This document shows positions 58,900-64,000 of a stretch of 64,000 nucleotides of DNA, one piece after another. The translations under genes were made by a program, and so were the position numbers. The notes under the pieces were generated by a model, which had not been told where the DNA came from, made no database searches, and saw nothing but the letters and a program-made list of their open reading frames with translations. Numbering within the stretch: the stretch's first letter is position 1; each line of letters opens with the position of its first letter. The DNA is taken from positions 62,001 through 126,000 of IMG/VR virus record IMGVR_UViG_3300008110_010000, one strand, 5' to 3'.

Positions 58900-59445
58900 A
58901 TGATTAAAAATATGCCTAAATTGAGCGAAGTTGACAAGAGACTAGTACAGAGTGTTATTAACTCAATTGATTGGGATCAAATAGCAAAATTCTATAGGAT
59001 TCTAAACAAAAAAATAGGATATGAACAGGTTAAAATAAAAGGTATTTCCAGAGACGAAAAAGTAACTCCAGAATCTGTAAAGGAAGAGCTCAATAAAGTT
59101 TTGGAATATATTATAGAAAACGATTTACCCGAAATGACTTATGGAAATTGGGTAATAGTATGGACTAACGGTGAATGGGAGATCTCACAGACTATAGATT
59201 CATCGGATATGGAAGGAGAAAAAGAAGAAATTGACATTCCTATAATGGAATCTACCTTACACGTGCATTTTGTCCCTCAAAGTGTTACTGTGAAGGAGGA
59301 AATAGATATTCCTGAAAACTTTTTTGAGATAGACGATTCAGTTCTACTAGAGGGTAGACTAAAACAGTGCATAGAGCAGGAAGATTATATTTTAGCTGGA
59401 AAAATTAGAGACGTAATAGAGGAATTAAATAAGAGAAAGAAATGA
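58900..59445 (+). CDS. Hypothetical protein with C-terminal UVR motif
   Basis: EDYILAGKIRD. Confidence 0.65.
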   Translation: MIKNMPKLSEVDKRLVQSVINSIDWDQIAKFYRILNKKIGYEQVKIKGISRDEKVTPESVKEELNKVLEYIIENDLPEMTYGNWVIVWTNGEWEISQTIDSSDMEGEKEEIDIPIMESTLHVHFVPQSVTVKEEIDIPENFFEIDDSVLLEGRLKQCIEQEDYILAGKIRDVIEELNKRKK

Positions 59446-60338
59446 TTAAAAGACTAAATGAGCAATTTGCTCAGACATTTGCTGGCGATGGATTTAATAG
59501 CTCAAATGGCGTATTTAAAGTTAAGTATAAATCCTTTGACGACCTTTCTCAAGCTAGGGGAAGGGAAGATCATCCATATGATTACGTAAAGGGAAGTGAA
59601 TTTCAAGCGGGTGATGTTGTAATGGCTAAAATTAAAAATTTAGGAAATAAAATAAAAGCCGAGATAATTTCAAGTGCTAGAACATCTGACGGTAAAAGAA
59701 CTGTTTTCAAAATAAAAAGTCTAGCAGACAATAAGATTTATACTGTTCCGGTTTATGCTCTAGAACTATCTAACGATCAAGGAAATATAGCTAAGAAAAA
59801 TATGGGAGCTTCTACCATTTCAAACAGACAAAAATTTTTAACAGGGTTAAAATATAATAACGGGAATTTTATTTGGGGTTCTTTAGAATCCAAATTAAAT
59901 TCTAAAACTGATATTCTTCTTCAGGAGGGAACCTCAAAAATGGAAAGACCCGGAATCATTGATCCGTCTATGAAGATCGTTTTAATAGACACAAATATTC
60001 CAGATTATGAACAGCATATAGAAAATTTTAAAAAACTTGGAATAGTTTATTTGGTCCCTGAAAATAAAACTCTTTTTATTCACAAGTCGGATCCTAATTT
60101 CTTAAAATTAACTGACAATCATTTAATTGTAATAGAAGCGGTAGAAGTTGCAAAAAATCTTTCCAAAAATCATAGAGATGGGAGGGTACAAGATATTTTA
60201 GCAGCACAAATCCTAAGAAACAAGGGACTTAAAGAAGCGTATAAAATTATAGCATCAAATTTTGAAAAAAAGCACGGCGTTTCTTATGGAGAATCCTTAG
60301 ATGAGCTATTCTCAGAAATTGAAGGTTACCTTTTATAA
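59442..60338 (+). CDS. Hypothetical protein
   Basis: ORF; begins MIKRLNE. Confidence 0.65.
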   Translation: MIKRLNEQFAQTFAGDGFNSSNGVFKVKYKSFDDLSQARGREDHPYDYVKGSEFQAGDVVMAKIKNLGNKIKAEIISSARTSDGKRTVFKIKSLADNKIYTVPVYALELSNDQGNIAKKNMGASTISNRQKFLTGLKYNNGNFIWGSLESKLNSKTDILLQEGTSKMERPGIIDPSMKIVLIDTNIPDYEQHIENFKKLGIVYLVPENKTLFIHKSDPNFLKLTDNHLIVIEAVEVAKNLSKNHRDGRVQDILAAQILRNKGLKEAYKIIASNFEKKHGVSYGESLDELFSEIEGYLL

Positions 60339-60341
60339 AAT

Positions 60342-61049
60342 ATGTCGATAGAAAGAATCAGAAGAAAGATTCCGTTTCCGGAGCAGTCCAATTTAAAAAA
60401 ACCAGAAAATCTAAATTCAGATTATCCGACAGGAGATCCTGGTGAATTTCAAAAATTTATAAATCTTCACAAAGAAGAATCATTTGTTATTTGTGGATGT
60501 GGTGTTTCGCTGAATGATTACGGGTTTGACAGTTTCAATAAGCATGTAACTATTGGTGTTAATGATGCAGGTCAAAAAATAAACTGTAAATATTTGGTCG
60601 TTGTAAATGAGCCACACACGTTTAAATGGGGCAGGTGGGAATCAGTTAAAAACAATGATTCGGAATACACCTTTACACACATAAAGAATCTCCCTATTGA
60701 AAAAAGAGAGAGAACAGTTCTAGTTAAACTTGGAAAATATGAGGGATTGAATCTCTATAACCATGGATTCATAGACTACACCACAAATTCTCCTTATATG
60801 GCAATCGTAATTGCTTGCCAGATGGGTGCAAGAAAAATAGCTTTAATTGGTGTAGACTTTACTATGAATCACTTTTTCGGAGAAACGGGAAAGCATCAAA
60901 TCATGAGGGAAATTGAAAAGGTAAAGGAGCAATATTCAAATCTAGGAAAGCATTTAAGTTCTAGCGGAATTAAAATAGCAAATCTTTCATCAGAGAGTTT
61001 AATTGAGTCCTGGCCTAAAATGACCCTGGAAGAATTTGAAACAATCTAA
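60342..61049 (+). CDS. Glycosyltransferase-like protein (DUF115/Maf/Cst-like fold)
   Basis: ICGCGVSL, IGVND, NS...A..IA..MGA.KI.LIGVDF. Confidence 0.65.
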   Translation: MSIERIRRKIPFPEQSNLKKPENLNSDYPTGDPGEFQKFINLHKEESFVICGCGVSLNDYGFDSFNKHVTIGVNDAGQKINCKYLVVVNEPHTFKWGRWESVKNNDSEYTFTHIKNLPIEKRERTVLVKLGKYEGLNLYNHGFIDYTTNSPYMAIVIACQMGARKIALIGVDFTMNHFFGETGKHQIMREIEKVKEQYSNLGKHLSSSGIKIANLSSESLIESWPKMTLEEFETI

Positions 61050-61070
61050 ATTCTTTTCGTTATAATTTAG

Positions 61071-61835
61071 ATGAACGCTCACAAAACAGGGATATTAATT
61101 AGATTCCCTCTTATTCACAAAAAAGGGAAAAAACACGCATATAAAGTCACATTTAGCGACTTTATACTTAGGAAGATCCAAGAAGGATTAAATCTGGGAT
61201 ATAAGTGCTTGATATTTGAGATATCGGATGATGATTTTGATTGTTTGGATTTTTCGGTGGGGAGTGGAGATAAAGAATCCATTTTGGATTATTTAAAATC
61301 CGGAACCAGATTATCTTTTTATATAAAAGGTAAAAAACATTTAACTTCCGACTCTGAAGATGAAACAGAGCAAGCTAAATCACAAATATCCCACTGTTTA
61401 GATTTTATTAAGGAATTTGATCTCGAGGGACAGGAATTTCCCCTTATACTTCATGTTGGTGGAGCAAAGGGAGACAGAAAAGGAACTATGGAAGATTTCT
61501 GTAAAAAACTAGAATCCTTTTTGTCCACAGAAAACATTCAAAGAATTGCAGTAATTAATGACGAGAAGCCGAGTCTTTTTTCTGTCAAGGATCTATTGCC
61601 GGGTGTTTTTTACAAGATTAAAATTCCTATAGTTTTTAGATCTACCTCTTATCCAACAAATCAGGGAAATCTAACACTCAATGAATCCCTATTCCTAGCA
61701 GCTTCTACCTGGAAAAGAAACATCAATCCTATTTTTATTTACCTTCCGGGAAACACTAAGCTTTCAGACGATCAAACAAGACCATTTGGCTTAGAGCTAG
61801 ATTTTGTTTTTGATAACAGATTACCTGAGCCTTAA
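61071..61835 (+). CDS. Degenerate UV-damage endonuclease (UvsE/UVDE-like)
   Basis: RLSF, LHVGG, INDEK, IPIVF, LAASTW; several metal ligands appear lost. Confidence 0.6.
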   Translation: MNAHKTGILIRFPLIHKKGKKHAYKVTFSDFILRKIQEGLNLGYKCLIFEISDDDFDCLDFSVGSGDKESILDYLKSGTRLSFYIKGKKHLTSDSEDETEQAKSQISHCLDFIKEFDLEGQEFPLILHVGGAKGDRKGTMEDFCKKLESFLSTENIQRIAVINDEKPSLFSVKDLLPGVFYKIKIPIVFRSTSYPTNQGNLTLNESLFLAASTWKRNINPIFIYLPGNTKLSDDQTRPFGLELDFVFDNRLPEP

Positions 61836-61888
61836 ACATTTTTTATTTTCGGGGTGTTTTATTATTTTTACCAATAAACTTTAATGTT

Positions 61889-62707
61889 ATGCCCGAAATC
61901 AGTGAGGTTAGAATAATGTCCGAATTTATCAACAGGAGAGCGGGAGAAGTTGATTATTTCCACAGCATTTCCAAAAATCCAGAGCATAAGAGCAAAACGA
62001 ACTTGATCCTTCCCTTTTCTAGATTTCAGCTAAGAGCTGATTCCCGGGGTAAGGAATTAAGATTGAGATTTATTGATCTTGATTTTAAATATGAGGAAAC
62101 ATCAAGTAGGGATATGGTTTTTACTATGGGAATGAGCGGAAATTGGAATTATTCCAACGATGTTTTCTCCATTCCAAACCACACACATCTAAGAATTGTT
62201 GATTCCAAGTATGGCATTCTTGGATTACATGACGTTAGAAGATTTGCCAGATGGGACTGGAGAGGATGGAATCCGGAAAGAGGTCCGGACCCAGATACTG
62301 AATTTGATTCTTTCGTTGACAACATTTACAAGAATATTCAAACGGACAGGGTTTTTAATAAACCCGTGTATGAAGTATTAATGAACCAAAAATATTTTAA
62401 CGGCGTAGGAAATTACTTAAGAGCGGAGATTCTAGGAAGAATCGATTCAGATCCCACAGCTTCTGCCAGAGAATATATTCTTCTTAATGGACCTGAATTT
62501 TTTGCTATTCTTTCTAAGGTTATTAAGGAATCCTATATCCTAGGAGGAGGACAATTTAAAGATTGGTACAATCAGGCAGATTTGGAAAAGAAAAAAAGTA
62601 AAGAATTTCAAGCATGGATGAAATTCTATTTACATAAAGAAAGGTGTATTGCAATTAAAGATTCGTCTAAAAGAACTTTTTGGATGGATAAAAAATGGAT
62701 AAAATGA
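61889..62707 (+). CDS. Fpg/Nei family DNA glycosylase (no zinc finger)
   Basis: N-terminal MPE, GKEL, GMSG, RRFA, GPD, NQ..FNGVGNY. Confidence 0.88.
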   Translation: MPEISEVRIMSEFINRRAGEVDYFHSISKNPEHKSKTNLILPFSRFQLRADSRGKELRLRFIDLDFKYEETSSRDMVFTMGMSGNWNYSNDVFSIPNHTHLRIVDSKYGILGLHDVRRFARWDWRGWNPERGPDPDTEFDSFVDNIYKNIQTDRVFNKPVYEVLMNQKYFNGVGNYLRAEILGRIDSDPTASAREYILLNGPEFFAILSKVIKESYILGGGQFKDWYNQADLEKKKSKEFQAWMKFYLHKERCIAIKDSSKRTFWMDKKWIK

Positions 62708-63399
62708 TAAGTAAAGAAGACCTTAAAAAAATTCTATATTTCGACATCGAAACTGCTGGGATAACGAATACTTTCGAAGAGCTTGAAATTGAAAATCCTA
62801 GACTTGCTAAATTGTGGGAAAAAAGATCATCCTGGCTCTTGAAAAATTCAGGTGAAGAGATGAAAGATTATTCTCCAGCAGATTTTTGGAAGGTTAAATC
62901 TTCGTTGCACCCGGAGTTCTCCAAAATCGTTTGCATAACTTTTGGATGCTATGATGAAGATAAATCAATCAGGCTAGTTTCTTTTTCCGGTGAAGAGGAT
63001 CAAATTCTGATGGATTCCAACAAGATCTTTAATAACGCATTTACAAAAGGATGGAAACTTGCAGGACATACGATTAAAAATTTTGACATTCCCTTTGTTG
63101 GAAAGAGAATGATAATCAATAAAATTAAGCCTTCCCATTTGGTAGCATATCTGAATAGAAAACCCTGGGAATCTCCACACCTAGACATATCTGAGATTTT
63201 TGCTTTTGGAGGATGGGGACAAACTCACACTTCACTTGATTTAATGGCTTGCGTTCTGGGTATAGAATCCCCTAAAGACGATATGGACGGATCAATGGTC
63301 CATGAATACTTCTATGAGGGAAAGATTGAGAACATTAAAAAGTACTGCGAAATGGATGTGACTGTTCTGATGAAGTGCTTTGATGCTCTTTCTTTTTAA
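62695..63399 (+). CDS. DnaQ-like 3'-5' exonuclease (PolB exo2 family)
   Basis: FDIET, GH.IK.FD.PF, SL, YCE.DV. Confidence 0.82.
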   Translation: MDKMISKEDLKKILYFDIETAGITNTFEELEIENPRLAKLWEKRSSWLLKNSGEEMKDYSPADFWKVKSSLHPEFSKIVCITFGCYDEDKSIRLVSFSGEEDQILMDSNKIFNNAFTKGWKLAGHTIKNFDIPFVGKRMIINKIKPSHLVAYLNRKPWESPHLDISEIFAFGGWGQTHTSLDLMACVLGIESPKDDMDGSMVHEYFYEGKIENIKKYCEMDVTVLMKCFDALSF

Positions 63400-63420
63400 T
63401 CTAATTACAACTATAGTACT

Positions 63421-63460
63421 ACACCCTAGGATATATACTTTTAAAATATTCCTAGGGTGT
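63421..63460 (+). promoter_or_regulatory. 11-bp inverted repeat enclosing a late promoter and covering the GTG start
   Basis: ACACCCTAGGA...TCCTAGGGTGT; GATATATA at 63430-63437; GTG at 63457. Confidence 0.7.
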
Positions 63461-64000
63461 TTCGTATACAAAATTTTAAAGACTGGTCGCTAAACGAGGA
63501 TCGTTTCTATCAAAAGGAGCTAAATACTGTTTTTTGGAAGAATGGCTCGTTCGACTCTGGGGTAAGAGAAAAACTTCTAGATATAGCCCAGGATTTCTAC
63601 TCGATCTTTAAAATAGAACTGCCGATAGATGATATTCAATTAACCGGATCTCTGGCAAATTATAACTGGACCCCAAAATCAGATCTTGATGTTCACGTTT
63701 TAATCGATTTTTCACAGATAGATTCCAATAAAGAGCTTGTAAAAAAAGCTTTTGATGGACAAAGATTCATATGGAATCTAAGGCATAACATTGTTATCAG
63801 AGGGTATGATGTTGAACTTTACCTACAAGACATAAACGAACCCCATGTAGCATCCGGACTTTTTTCCCTTAAAAACAACGAATGGATTAGAATTCCTTCT
63901 TATAATCCTCCTCAGATAGACGAAAGAGATGTGGATTTGAAATATGATGGTATTATAAACGATATAGACAGTGTGGATATAGAACTTTCTAAAACAGACT
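63457..64000 (+). CDS. Pol-beta-superfamily nucleotidyltransferase, 3'-truncated
   Basis: MFRIQNFKDWSLNE..., LTGSLANYNW...SDLDVH, VELY. Confidence 0.8.
   Translation, partial: MFRIQNFKDWSLNEDRFYQKELNTVFWKNGSFDSGVREKLLDIAQDFYSIFKIELPIDDIQLTGSLANYNWTPKSDLDVHVLIDFSQIDSNKELVKKAFDGQRFIWNLRHNIVIRGYDVELYLQDINEPHVASGLFSLKNNEWIRIPSYNPPQIDERDVDLKYDGIINDIDSVDIELSKTD

Overview
AT-rich 64-kb segment of a T4-like jumbo myophage read in the standard genetic code. A Bacteroidota host is inferred from TAnnTTTG-type promoter elements and a lipoprotein carrying D-S-T/L glycosylation sequons. The window holds a nine-tRNA array, accessory enzymes (CHAP amidase, GH73 glucosaminidase, Glf, NucA-like nuclease, MoxR/DUF2201/VWA module, Asp-type thymidylate synthase homologue), a T4-like replication/recombination core (UvsX, gp41, gp47/46, ligase, clamp loader, RNase H), and virion genes (gp15- and gp14-like, terminase, sheath, two tail tubes, two portals, Gly-Ser-Thr-repeat fibres). 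It also encodes two sigma factors (ECF-like and gp55-like) and a DNA repair cluster. The strongest unexplained signal is a candidate ribosome-mediated attenuator in front of the tRNA array: a 27-codon leader ORF (1677-1760) contains codons for all eight amino acids served by the downstream tRNAs, and its 3' end can pair with, and so disable, the terminator that precedes the first tRNA. That would switch phage tRNAs on when translation stalls. Other notable signals are a likely programmed -1 frameshift at 46972-46978, three promoter classes (two bipartite with fixed spacing), hairpins that hide late-gene starts on read-through RNA, and a shared capsid-targeting-like N-terminal leader. All protein calls come from motif recognition only; no database searches were run.
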